A stretch of 34,341 nt of DNA from Tolypothrix carrinoi HA7290-LM1 (GTDB lineage Bacteria > Cyanobacteriota > Cyanobacteriia > Cyanobacteriales > Nostocaceae): positions 1 to 34,341 of the forward strand of contig JAHHIK010000090.1 of the NCBI GenBank assembly GCA_019358935.1, given 5' to 3'. Position 1 is the stretch's first letter. Every line of letters begins with the position of its first letter. A program made the position numbers and the translations under genes. Positions 1-9,583 of this stretch are shown piece after piece. The notes under the pieces were generated by a model. That model was not told where the DNA came from. It made no database searches and saw only the letters and a program-made list of their open reading frames with translations.

Positions 1-59
1 CCAACCAATCGCTGCGTTTCTGTCGGGTTGTTTTGAATATAATCTAATACAGAACTCAT
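1..59 (-). CDS. 5' end of an IS5-family (ISL2-like) transposase running off the window
   Basis: Manual translation from ATG at 59 gives MSSVLDYIQNNPTETQRLVG, resembling the N-terminus of the transposase at 28266 (MCIVPDYIEKYPRRTKQILG). Confidence 0.65.
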   Translation of the reverse strand, partial: MSSVLDYIQNNPTETQRLV

Positions 60-154
60 GTTCTTCTGGCTAAAAATCTAATTTTATACTCTTTTACTAC
101 ATAATGCTTCTATTTTGGAGATGTCTATTGGGGATTGGGTGTCAAATCGAAAAA

Positions 155-583
155 TTATGGTGGTTGCTCATTACCCACCACGCTATCGCCGCGACCAGTT
201 TGACATATCGCCAGGAGTGCTGTAATTTCACGTTTTTTTAGTTGTCTACCCCGTTGCTTTTTACTCGCCTTTATGCTACGTAAATCTACAGCCTTCTGGT
301 AATCTTGTGCCTGAATTAAATCCAACTTAAAAGCTTCAAGCAACACCCTCCTCAACGCACATAACATCTTATTTGCCGTTGCCGGGGCGTGTTTTTTCAT
401 AAAGAAGGAACGCACAGCAGCCGTATGCTGATACCTTAATGCCGCCCAGTCGAGAGTCATTGCATCGCACGCACCGTTGGTTAAAAGAGAAGCGATCGCA
501 TTTAAAGCCTGTTCCATCGTAGGGCGAGAACCAGGAGCAAGACTATCGAGATACACCGCCGCTGGGTGTAGCGTCAGTGGCAA
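155..583 (-). pseudogene. Tyrosine recombinase/integrase, N-terminal core-binding part only; catalytic domain missing
   Basis: HPAAVYLDSLAPGSRPTM...LRYQHTAAVR...APATANKMLCALRRVL is typical of cyanobacterial plasmid XerC/D-like integrases. The ORF ends before the catalytic Arg motif, near the IS at the window edge. Confidence 0.8.
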
Positions 584-735
584 TGGCTCGCGAGCGAACT
601 AGCGCCTGAACTAGGGGTGAACGCATTTATTTATCAGAAGTGGCATTCTAGTAAACTATTGAGCGATCGCAGAGTGCATCCCTCTACATTAATAGTCAAG
701 GGTTTGTTTGTATTTCTTTATAATTGATGTTTTCT

Positions 736-966
736 CTACCTAAGAGGGTGGTATAGTCCATCTGAGGCATTCCATTCCCAACCCACGCGGGAGCAGCGGA
801 TCTCGATAAAGCAATATTTTGACCGCACCGTTGTCCACATCGGGTCAAGAGTTGTCCCTGGTGTCCAACATAAGGGACAGAATTTTAATGTTGTCACTCT
901 CTCAATAGGTACTTGTTTGACTACCGCACTCTTGATTGTCAAAATATGAATTGACGCTGCTTTCAT
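736..966 (-). pseudogene. Fragment of a double zinc-ribbon domain protein
   Basis: KFCPLCWTPGT..DPMW...RSKYCF resembles zinc-ribbon proteins found beside integrase/parA on cyanobacterial plasmids; both ends look non-homologous. Confidence 0.5.
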
Positions 967-970
967 CCCA

Positions 971-1289
971 ATAATTAGTCATAAGCGTTATTTAACCTGC
1001 ATTGGGGGTGTTGCCAAAACTACACTCACCCAAAATTTAGGTTATCATTTTGCACAAAAAAAGAAAAATCGCGTTTTGCTGGTGGACATCGACCCACAGG
1101 CGATCGCTTGACTACTTTTATGGGACTCGAACCCGACGAACTAGAGACAAGCATCCACTTTCTCTATTGTTGGGGGCAAACCATTACCCGTAATGCCCGA
1201 ACTGATTCACGGTATGGCGCTTGTCCCGGCTGATATCAACCTTGCCTAAGTTTGAAATGCAACTGGCTTACGCAATCGCACGAGAATAA
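971..1289 (+). pseudogene. parA: ParA family ATPase, N-terminal fragment with frameshifts
   Basis: Reading across frames gives GGVAKTTLTQNLGYHF...RVLLVDIDPQA(S)LTTFMGLEP...LVPADINL...EMQLA (deviant Walker A and the DPQ motif). Confidence 0.85.
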
Positions 1290-1562
1290 GGTCTTCATGC
1301 CGTTAACATCAGAGAGGAAAGTTGCGATCGCACTTGTTCTCGCCGTCCTTGAGCTGACATCGCGTCATGTACACGGTAGATCTCCAGGCGCACCCAGAGT
1401 TTCGTCGCCAATTTCGGCAGTAATGCGCTCATACAGCGCCATGTCCGGTGTTTCTGTTTCATTCAGCGTTCCCACTGCGCGCGATCGGCCGAGCAAAGGC
1501 ACTGGGCGCAGCAACGACCAACCCACGAGCTGGCTTATCGCCGATCGCAGCGACTACGTGGG

Positions 1563-1711
1563 GGGCGAGGTCTTCCCAAGACTTATGTGGACAGCCTTCA
1601 AGGGTTCGCTCTCGACGCACGCGTTGCGCGTTCATCCGAGATTGTCGCTCTTGTGTCGAGGATCTATTAAACGAACGCTTGTGCCACATAAGGCGATGGG
1701 TTATTGCAGGG
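1563..1711. repeat. Divergent copy C of the 114-bp inverted-repeat element; core inverted relative to the flanks, with a ~30 nt insert
   Basis: CTTATGTGGACAGCC...GTGCCACATAAG arms; core TTCATCCG..GTCGCTCTTGTGTCGAGGAT shared with 2110-2223 and 12388-12501. Confidence 0.75.
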
Positions 1712-2000
1712 CACATAACAAATCTAGCCGCGTCTGTCCAGGTCTATGTGGTGCCCCAATCGTGATCGCAATGATATCGGAATCAGCTAAATCGTCGTAG
1801 CGATTCGATGGAATCACATCCATTTGGGCCAGCAATGGAATGGCATCGCTAATATCCCAGGCTTGTCCTTCTGCCTTAGATAAATTGCGATCAAACAAAA
1901 CAATAGACACAGATTTGCCGAGCAGCACTAATGCATTTACGATCGCTGCGCCTACATTTCCCGCACCCACAATGCCAACTTTAGATGGTTTGATACTCAT
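1701..2000 (-). pseudogene. ldh: L-lactate/malate dehydrogenase, N-terminal NAD-binding domain, truncated by the repeat element
   Basis: KVGIVGAGNVG, KAEGQAWDISDA and GAPHRPGQTRLDLL motifs. Confidence 0.85.
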
Positions 2001-2109
2001 AAAAGTTGTGTTGCAAAAAATTAAAAATACGCTACAGGTAGTAGTCTAAAACCGAAAATTTTGCTGTTTACTGCTATATATAGCAGGTACAAAAATTGTT
2101 GTAACACAA

Positions 2110-2223
2110 CCCCTGCAACAAAGAGTCGCCTTATGGGGACAGCCTTCATCCGATGCAGGTCGCTCTTGTATCGAGGATAAGCGTAAATAAGGCTGTCCCC
2201 ATAAGTCTTGGTCAGGTGTCGCC
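2110..2223. repeat. Copy A of the 114-bp element with 17-bp sub-terminal inverted repeats
   Basis: CTTATGGGGACAGCCTT / AAGGCTGTCCCCATAAG perfect IR; near-identical to 12388-12501. Confidence 0.9.
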
Positions 2224-2227
2224 CAAT

Positions 2228-2703
2228 TCATGTCTTGAATTCGATGCCATACTTAGGCGCTGCTGCCAAAACTCTCTCAATTGCAGCAGGAGTGGCTGGG
2301 ACTGATGGAGCGTCTTTTCTGTCTACTTCAACGCCAATTTCGGCAAAAAATCTTTCAATTCCGGCAGGCATGTACCATGCCAACATCTTGGCACGCTGTG
2401 TGGTATTGTTCCTAAAGCTATGCAGATGACCCGGGGCGCGAATAAAGAAAGGTTCCAGGTGTCGCGATCGCGATTTGGTCATCCAGTTCAAACTCAAGTT
2501 CGCCCTCACTGGATGTAGAATGCTTCATCTTCTCGATGGTGAATATGAGCAGGAGGTCCAATTTGAGGATCGACTCGAACTTCAACGAGGGTGTATTGCC
2601 CAGCAGTGTTTTCGCCCACTGCCTTGAAGGTGAGGACATCTCCCACAATAGAGAGGGAAGTCCCTTGACTTGGTTTCATTAACAGTCCATGAGGGAGAGT
2701 CAC
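2228..2703 (-). pseudogene. Cupin-domain protein (quercetin 2,3-dioxygenase-like), frameshifted
   Basis: GPPAHIHHREDEAFYI then EGELEF, HSFRN and PAGIERFFAEIG, spread over three frames; AGGAG RBS upstream. Confidence 0.85.
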
Positions 2704-2721
2704 TGTAATTTCTCCTGTTTG

Positions 2722-2871
2722 TTAGATAGTTGGTGGTGTGAACAAGCTGTTGTTTGGCTTTAAGTCGTCATCCCAAACCCAGAGCAATTCATAGTTGTGT
2801 TGCAAAACGTTGTTGAGGACAGAAATCTCCTTGAAGAAGGAATTGATGATGAGCGGCAAAAGCTTGAGCAT
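2722..2871 (-). CDS. Putative 49-aa small protein
   Basis: MLKLLPLIINSFFKEISVLNNVLQHNYELLWVWDDDLKPNNSLFTPPTI*, with GGAGAG upstream; first ORF after promoter module copy 1. Confidence 0.35.
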   Translation of the reverse strand: MLKLLPLIINSFFKEISVLNNVLQHNYELLWVWDDDLKPNNSLFTPPTI

Positions 2872-2930
2872 TCGTATGCTGCTCTCCCAGGAGTGCTGAC
2901 TGCATTAGATTCTCCTGATTCTATCTATCC

Positions 2931-3030
2931 CAAGTGTACTAAGTTCCAATACTTGACTTCTTTGGCGATTCTTATGGCAGTTTGTCAGATTCTTATGGTA
3001 AAGAGCGAACCTATTGCTGAGTCATACAGG
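2931..3030 (-). promoter_or_regulatory. AraC-tail promoter module, copy 1
   Basis: TAAGAATC direct repeats 21 bp apart (2967-2974, 2988-2995) followed by a TACACT -10 box. Confidence 0.7.
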
Positions 3031-3196
3031 CGATGAGGTTTAGTAGTTTGCCTGACTACGGAGCGCGATCGCGGTGAAGTGTCTTTGTTCGTCCATAGGT
3101 TATGTCGATCGCTTTGTGCCAAGGATCGCGATTAGGCAGGAAAACGGACAGCTTCGCTGTCGCTGAAGGCAACGCCAAATTCGATGGGCATGTCAC

Positions 3197-4123
3197 TCAT
3201 TTCAGATTCTGCCGCACCCAGCGTTCGACCCCCAAGATCTCGATGCCTCGCTGGGCATTGAATGTCTTGTCCACCTCCCACGAGACTCCTCTGCCCTCCT
3301 TTGAATACCACCCTGTACTTCCTCATGGGGTTGTCAGGATCTTGCGCCAGTTCGTCCTTCAACTTGGGCACGCTCCATTCCACCCGCTGCACCTTCCGAC
3401 CCAAAACAGAGTCCACGATGTCCGCCAATTGTGCGTAGGTGATTGTATCGCCAGGCGTATACACAATGCGGTTGACGACCCGTGGTTCGGCAAAGAGGAT
3501 TTCCGCCGTCAGAGTGCCGATATCTTCGGGGGTCGTGACCGTAACGGCAGTGTCCCAACTCTAAGTGCGCATGTACGGTGTTTTGGGCCAGGTCAACCAC
3601 GCCGAAAGAAGGCTGGAACAAAAAGCTGGTGAACATACCCGTCGAAACAATGACCCATTCCGTGCGGTCCTGAGATCGCAGGAGGTCGCGCACGTCGAGC
3701 TGCTCATCGAACAGGTCCTGCGCGCTGCCTCTGCCGATGACATCGTAGTCAACGCCGAATTGCCGGCGTGAAGTAGCGTTTCACGCCGGCATCGAGAACG
3801 GCGCGGGCGAGTTTTCGTTGGATGCCGCTTCCAGCCACGAAGCCAGTGCAGCCGATCACAGTGTGGAAATGTCCGAAAAGGACGGCGAGGTCGGTGATGG
3901 AGTCGGCGACGAGGTCGCCAAAGAGGAATTTGACACCGAGAGAATGGAGTTCGGCGATGTCCCGTTGTTTGCTTGGGGCGTGGGAAGCGATGGTTGAAGG
4001 ACCCAGGAGAACCGTGAGGGTAGTACCAGAAAACGGAGCGGCGCGCTTGGCTAAGTTGCGAAGAACGGACATGCCGAGTTCGCCGGCACCTAGGACGAGA
4101 ATAGGAGTGTCGTATGACATCAT
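3197..4123 (-). pseudogene. NmrA/isoflavone-reductase-like aromatic alcohol reductase, several frameshifts
   Basis: ILVLGAGELGMSVL, WVIVSTGMFTSFLF and YTPGDTITYAQLAD motifs in successive frames; visibly GC-richer than its neighbours. Confidence 0.85.
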
Positions 4124-4190
4124 CTGAACCTTAGAGTATGAAATGAGCAGAGTTTTCAGCCGTTTTTTGCGTTATTACCCAACAAGTCTA

Positions 4191-4985
4191 TTAGGTATAG
4201 TAGGTATAAGTTCTAAAATAAGCAGTTGGTTGATAGCCTATTCTTTGATACACTGGAAAGCCAGCAGGACTTGCATGCAAAGCAGTACGTTTTTTGCCAT
4301 AGCGCTGCGCTGCTTGTTCTAGAGAGTGCCGAATAACGGCTTCAGCATAACCTTGATTTCTGTAATCCGGTAAAGTTGCAACCCATCCTAAATAAAATTC
4401 ATCGCTTATTAGAAATGTTGTCGCCGTTGATACTGGTTGATTTTCCACATAACCTAGTGTACCGAATACCGTCTCTTGCCAAAATCTATCAAGTTCTAAA
4501 GCTTCGCGAAAAGGTGCAAGAGGAAGATTATAACTAATTGCATTAATGTCAGCGACAGCTCGTCTCATCTCCAAGTTATTCACACTAACACAGTCTAATT
4601 TCGAGCTATGTGTTGTCGAAGGAAGCAGTTGCTCAGTAGCCATACCAGCGATCCTGAGTAAGGGAACAAGCCCCTGTCGAGCAAATACTTCATCGATCTG
4701 AGGATGAAGGAACTCTGGTACCCAGTCTTCAGCAACTACCATCCACCAGGGTTGATTGCGCTTTTTAGCATAATTGCAAGCCACTTTTATTTTTGTTTCT
4801 AGCTCAGTCTCGTCGTAGACGGGTTTAGTAAGAAAGACAGTATTGATAAAGACATTGTCTGTACCGCTCCAAGCGACGACTAATTCATTCGCTGCTAAAA
4901 TTTCTCCTTTGGGACATGCGCTGGCAAAGTAACTCCAAGCATTAATAAATTGTTGATTTGATACAAAAGTCTCTGATTGTAACAT
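4191..4985 (-). CDS. GNAT family N-acetyltransferase
   Basis: Intact 264-aa ORF; VATLPDYRNQGYA acetyl-CoA motif, LHASPAGFPVYQRIGY. Confidence 0.9.
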   Translation of the reverse strand: MLQSETFVSNQQFINAWSYFASACPKGEILAANELVVAWSGTDNVFINTVFLTKPVYDETELETKIKVACNYAKKRNQPWWMVVAEDWVPEFLHPQIDEVFARQGLVPLLRIAGMATEQLLPSTTHSSKLDCVSVNNLEMRRAVADINAISYNLPLAPFREALELDRFWQETVFGTLGYVENQPVSTATTFLISDEFYLGWVATLPDYRNQGYAEAVIRHSLEQAAQRYGKKRTALHASPAGFPVYQRIGYQPTAYFRTYTYYT

Positions 4986-5364
4986 GACTCACAGCTCCTT
5001 ATCGCTGATTTTTAGAAAAATTGTGGCTGTACTACGAGATCTGCGATTGCATGATTGCACTGCGCTCCGCGCAATCGCAGAGCGATAAAAACTCAGTGAA
5101 TTTGTAACCGCAAAATTAACTCAATCAAACTCCAATAACCCCAGACAATGAAATTGAGATGGCTATGGAGAAAGCGCTCTGCCATAGTTGGATGCGCCCA
5201 ACTTGGGAGCATGACAGAATTGATGCGATTGAATAAGGCGTAAGTATAGTGGAGACCAAAAATCCTTTGTGGCACCAGCCATCTGGGTGTACGAAATACG
5301 TGGTGTACCTGCCGACCGCGCTCTGCCGCCAGCACAGCCATATCAATAGCACTTTTCCCAAATC

Positions 5365-6668
5365 CTACAACTGCAACGCGCTTTTGATACTCCCCACAAA
5401 AGACAGCCGGGGGATTCTTGAAGACCATAAATGAATCTTTAATGGTGCTATCAAAGACACCCTACTGATTCCACTAAGGTCTAACCCTAGTTTTATCGCT
5501 ACTTTGGCTATGATATTTGCCGCGCCGTTTGCATCGGCATTTACCAAAATATTTTTTGCAGTTCTGAACAAACCTCGCTTAACACGTTTTCCTGATGATT
5601 GCCACTATACGCGGTTTTTCACGAAATTTAGGTATTGTATCACCATCAAGAAAGCTTGCTTTGCTTGTATAAGCTTCTTCGGCTTCTACGAACTGAATTC
5701 CATACTGTTCGCACAGTTGAGCAATTCTATCTTTTAAACGTGCTGTAGGTATTTGAACAAATTTTTGATTGTTCTTTTTCCCCATATCAGCACCGTCTTT
5801 GTGTCCTTTATTCCAACCAAAAACAACCGTGCCAATCTTGTTATTTAAACAATGGTTAATAACTAATCTGGCAGCTTTGTTAACAGCATCCCTAACTTGC
5901 CGATTACGTTTTTCAGTTATATGAGCTAACTTTTTATTCCAAAAACCTTGAGGCTTCCCTTCTTTAATTGTAGAAACTTGTTTGTTAAACCATTGATTCA
6001 TCGACTTAAGATGTCTGCCATCAATGATGAAACTAGTACCAGCATTAGAAATACAAGTTAACCAATTGTTGATACCGTGGTCTATTCCCAATACTTTTGA
6101 AGGGTCTAGCTTAACACTAATATCAGATTGTTTGTATACATATTCAATGTATAAACATTGATTTATCGGAACTCTTCTAAATTCGTTGATGTCCGCAAAT
6201 TTTAGATTTGATGGCATGGGTAGATGGAAAGCATCAAGACTAAACCAAGCTTTTACTTTGCTACCAAGAGGAAAGCGTAGTCAACCATTTTTAAGCTTGA
6301 TATCAGCTTTTGGATAAGTGACCAATGCTAAACCACCCTTACGGTATTCGGGTAGTTTAGGACGTTGGTCTACCGTTCCTTTCTTAATGCCTTTCAGTAA
6401 TCCGATGTATGACTTGAAAGATTCTGCAACTGTAGTTAAACACTGTTGAGCAACATGAGAATACATTGCTTGAAAGTGCAAATTGCTCTTAAATAGTTTA
6501 TGTAAATCAAACTTGCTAGGTATCTTGCCAGTTTTGAAATACAATTGTCTTGCATGTGGATGTTCCGCAATTAGCAAGTTTTGCAGACTCACCACACAAA
6601 AACTCTAAAATTGCACGATTATCAGCATCTGGATTAATTAAATGTTGTTGACAACCATAATTAGACAT
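5365..6668 (-). pseudogene. tnpB: TnpB RNA-guided endonuclease, frameshifted
   Basis: MSNYGCQQHLI start overlaps the tnpA stop; RuvC-like motifs LGIDHGINNW, EEAYTSKASFLD and NADANGAANI lie in separate frames. Confidence 0.9.
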
Positions 6669-7202
6669 TTTTTTGATTCTCAATGTATTGTTTGACAACT
6701 GATATCGGCGCACCACCAACAGTTGAAACAAAATAACTGTTTGTCCAAAGTGTTGGTAGTCGTGATTTTAACCAAGGAAATTCTTGTCTAAGAAATCTTG
6801 ATGAACGCCCTTTCATGTATCGGACAATTTTTGCAATCCCAAACTGTGGGTCTGCTTCAACCAAAAGATGTACGTGGTCTGGCATGACTTCCATCTCTAT
6901 AACCTCGCTGTTAAATTCCTTGGCAACTTCTAGAATAATTTCTTTGAGACGAACATCAACGCCATGAACTAGTACTTTTCGGCGATATTTAGGACACCAT
7001 ACAACGTGGTACTTGCAAGAATATGTGATATTGTTGTTTGACTTGTATTTTTGGTTCATGCAATCATTATATGACAGCGAGCCATATAATGATGTAAAGC
7101 CAAGATCAAGATTATATGAAGCTCATCTGTATAATCTTCAATGCGAAGGTGCTACCGACTTATCCCCGTGTCTAAAGCCAGGGGCTTGCGTCTCGCTTCT
7201 CG
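5384..7202 (-). mobile_element. IS200/IS605-family insertion sequence (tnpA+tnpB)
   Basis: Inserted 3' of TGAC, right end TCAA, sub-terminal hairpins (CCCCTGGCTTTAGACACGGGG; CCCCCGG...GTGGGG), no target duplication. Confidence 0.92.
6661..7059 (-). CDS. tnpA: IS200/IS605 Y1 (HUH) transposase
   Basis: Intact 132 aa: YHVVWCPKYRR, DHVH HUH motif, LWTNSYFVSTVG, QYIENQ. Confidence 0.95.
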   Translation of the reverse strand: MNQKYKSNNNITYSCKYHVVWCPKYRRKVLVHGVDVRLKEIILEVAKEFNSEVIEMEVMPDHVHLLVEADPQFGIAKIVRYMKGRSSRFLRQEFPWLKSRLPTLWTNSYFVSTVGGAPISVVKQYIENQKNV

Positions 7203-7625
7203 GTCATTGAAAATGTCGAGGGATTTAATATCTCGTTCTGTAACAACTTCACCAGTGAATTGGGCTTCTCCCGGAAATATTGGACGATGTTTTCTGTCCG
7301 TATATTGACCTGTGGCGATCGCAACATATTCAAATGTGTCTTCGTGACAGCCATCTGTGTTTTGGAATCGCACTCCCCAACCATCCTCTTGTTCTTCAAG
7401 TGCCAGAACTTCGTGTTTGATTTGAACATCAATCTGAAAATGATTGACCGCTGCACGCAAATATTGTTGGATTTGGGTTCGTGTGGGATGTAAATCTGGC
7501 GCAAAAGGCCAGGGAAAATCGGATAAATGATACTGCGAACTGATGTTTTGAAGGCGAACTTCCAAGTATGCTACAGCCCATACACCGCCAATCTCTGTAG
7601 ACTTCTCAAAAACAACAGCCTCATA

Positions 7626-7969
7626 TCCTTATCGAGCGCGATGTCAGCGATGAAGAATGGGCATTTGTCGCGCCGTACTTAACGTTAATGACCGAAGATG
7701 CGCCGCAACGCGAACACAGCCTACGAGAAGTATTTAACGGCTTGCGGTACGTGGTGCGAACTGGAGGCGCGTGGGGCTATCTGCCGCACGACTTACCCCC
7801 GTGGCATACTGTCTATGAGCGCAGTTTCGCTTGGATGAGCAAGTTTCGTCGATTAGCACGAGACTATGAGCGATTGGCAGAAACCCTTGCTGGCTTTCAC
7901 TTGATTGCCTTTGTGATGTTGATGGTCAAACAGTTTGTTGAAATCCGGTTTCAGAGTGCATAACACCCT
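7626..7969 (+). mobile_element. Internally deleted IS5-family (IS1031-like) element with right end
   Basis: DVSDEEWAFVAPYL...LPHDLPPWHTVY fused directly to the C-terminal ERSFAWMSKFRRLARDYERL; right IR GTGCATAACACCCTC followed by TAG. Confidence 0.85.
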
Positions 7970-8184
7970 CTAGGCGTTCTAAACCATTGTTCAAGACTTG
8001 ATCGCATTTTCGTAATGCTAGCCGGAACGGCTGCTCCGTGGCGATCGCCTCTTAAAGGCTAGAAACTGATTGACATCTACCATTGTTGTGGGGCTGATGG
8101 GAAGATGGGTGGAATAACGATAACTGGTATCAAGCATTTACTCTCATCAACCTATCTACTCACCTACTTCTCAAGAAACTAAAT

Positions 8185-8751
8185 CTAATGCATACGCTGC
8201 ATCAATGAATTAGAGGGCAAATTCGGATTGAGAACCTTCTCAGCACTTTCAGCACCCACAACGGGTAGACTGTTGGTATCAATCAGCCCCAGTTGAACTA
8301 GAACAGAAGCTTGATCCCAATAAATGTGTTCGTGTGCTAACTTTCCGTCTCTAAAGCGAACGATCGCAACCACTGCTACTTCAACCCGCTTTCCGGTTGG
8401 GGCGAGACCGGGTAACATCCAGTCCATGCGAATCGTGTGCGTGAACTTAAGCACCATTTCATCCACTAGCCGATCGGTGCCGATCGTACGGGAAACAGGA
8501 ATTAGTTCTGTGTCAAAAGGCATCTGCGGAATGAAATGTTTGGAGTAAAACTCGCGCAGCTGGTCTAATCCAACGCCTCCGGTCATGACTGGAATGCTAT
8601 TAACGTAAGCATCGGGAACCATTGTGGCAAGCGTTGCCTCCGTATCACGCGTTGCGAACTCGTCTGCCAGGTGTTCTTCCCAAAGGGCTTGCAGAACCTC
8701 CTGTGCAGGAGTAAGTTTTGTCTGTAAATTCGAGATTGTTTCACCGCTCAT
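8185..8751 (-). CDS. SnoaL-like ester cyclase / NTF2-fold protein
   Basis: Intact 188 aa; DEFATRDTEATLATM, WMLPGLAPTGKRVEV, HEHIYWDQASVL; CAGGAG RBS. Confidence 0.88.
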   Translation of the reverse strand: MSGETISNLQTKLTPAQEVLQALWEEHLADEFATRDTEATLATMVPDAYVNSIPVMTGGVGLDQLREFYSKHFIPQMPFDTELIPVSRTIGTDRLVDEMVLKFTHTIRMDWMLPGLAPTGKRVEVAVVAIVRFRDGKLAHEHIYWDQASVLVQLGLIDTNSLPVVGAESAEKVLNPNLPSNSLMQRMH

Positions 8752-8945
8752 AATTAACTCCTGAGTGCGATTCGTTTAACCCAAAAAGAGTAGAAATACT
8801 CTTGGGAAGGTTAGCTAGGTAAATCAACCTAGACAACTTGGATTTCTGTATGGGTGAAATTCCCATCCTACAGGTGCAGTAGTGACAGCATATCCCTTAC
8901 GGTAGCGACTAGTCATCAATCCGTAAAGCAGGGATAAAAGACGTT

Positions 8946-9154
8946 CAGAAGGCAGCTATGCTGAGGGCAGAGGGCAGAAGGAACCCACCCTTAAAAGTGT
9001 GGGATTGAAGCAAGGACACCGTTTTTCCTCGCGCTCCTTTTCTCGAAAAACATCTTTTTTTTAAATGGGCTTTAAACCCATAACTAAAGTTTTTTTTTAG
9101 AGGGCAGGAGACAGAATGCCTTCAGCATAGCTGCCTCCTGCCCTCTGCCTTTCT
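8946..9154. repeat. MITE-like element bounded by inverted GGCAGA(G/A) heptamer (STRR) arrays, inside intron domain I
   Basis: GGCAGCTATGCTGA / TCAGCATAGCTGCC inverted ends; the reverse complement of 9121-9154 matches 19670-19703. Confidence 0.75.
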
Positions 9155-9583
9155 TTGTAACTTAAAATCCAATTGAGAACCCCGTCGAGCATAGCTGGTC
9201 ATGAGTAGAAAACGAACCCTTGATAGAACCATCGTAATAGTTAACAAGCCTACGTGGATTATTGGCTTGCCCAAAAAGGGAAAGGATAATTGACAAATTT
9301 TTGTCAAAATGGCGAGGCAACTTCGGGATTGACCGAGCAAGCACCCATAATAAACCCGGTGGAAAGAGGGACTCTAAAACCAGCAACAAACGGAAAACCA
9401 GGAACGAAGTAACCCGAACGTATGCTCTTGTAGAAATGGTCGAAGCTACAAGCAACTGCTAAGTGAATGCTACGGAACGGGAAGGATTGCCTAAAAAGCA
9501 AATGCCTTTGGGAAAGCCAAAGGATAAGCAGACGTAGGCACGATGATTTGGAAGGTAAAGCTATAAGTAGCAATGTAGAAGTT

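Larger units (their letters stand above)
5093..7629 (-). pseudogene. Flavin-containing monooxygenase, split by IS200/IS605 and truncated at both ends
   Basis: VFEKSTEIGGVWA, DFPWP and VAIATGQY before the IS; KRVAVVGFGKSAIDMA after it. Removing the IS joins FND|KRVAVV in frame. Confidence 0.85.

Noticed and set aside
1252..1800. Plus-strand 182-aa ORF and similar antisense ORFs (3102-3632, 31128-31595, 33562-34068)
   Set aside because: Shadows of recognisable minus-strand genes or repeats, with no motifs of their own.
2110..2223. 114-bp element as a Tn3-type MITE or simple terminator
   Set aside because: Its termini are not inverted 38-bp GGGG repeats, it has no U-tract, and copies occur inside genes.
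5365..6668. TnpB as a Cas12-type CRISPR effector
   Set aside because: It sits beside tnpA within clear IS605 ends, with no array.
8900..8945. GGGATAAAAG resembling a guanidine-I (ykkC) riboswitch 3' motif
   Set aside because: It lies within intron domain I, and the other ykkC elements are absent.
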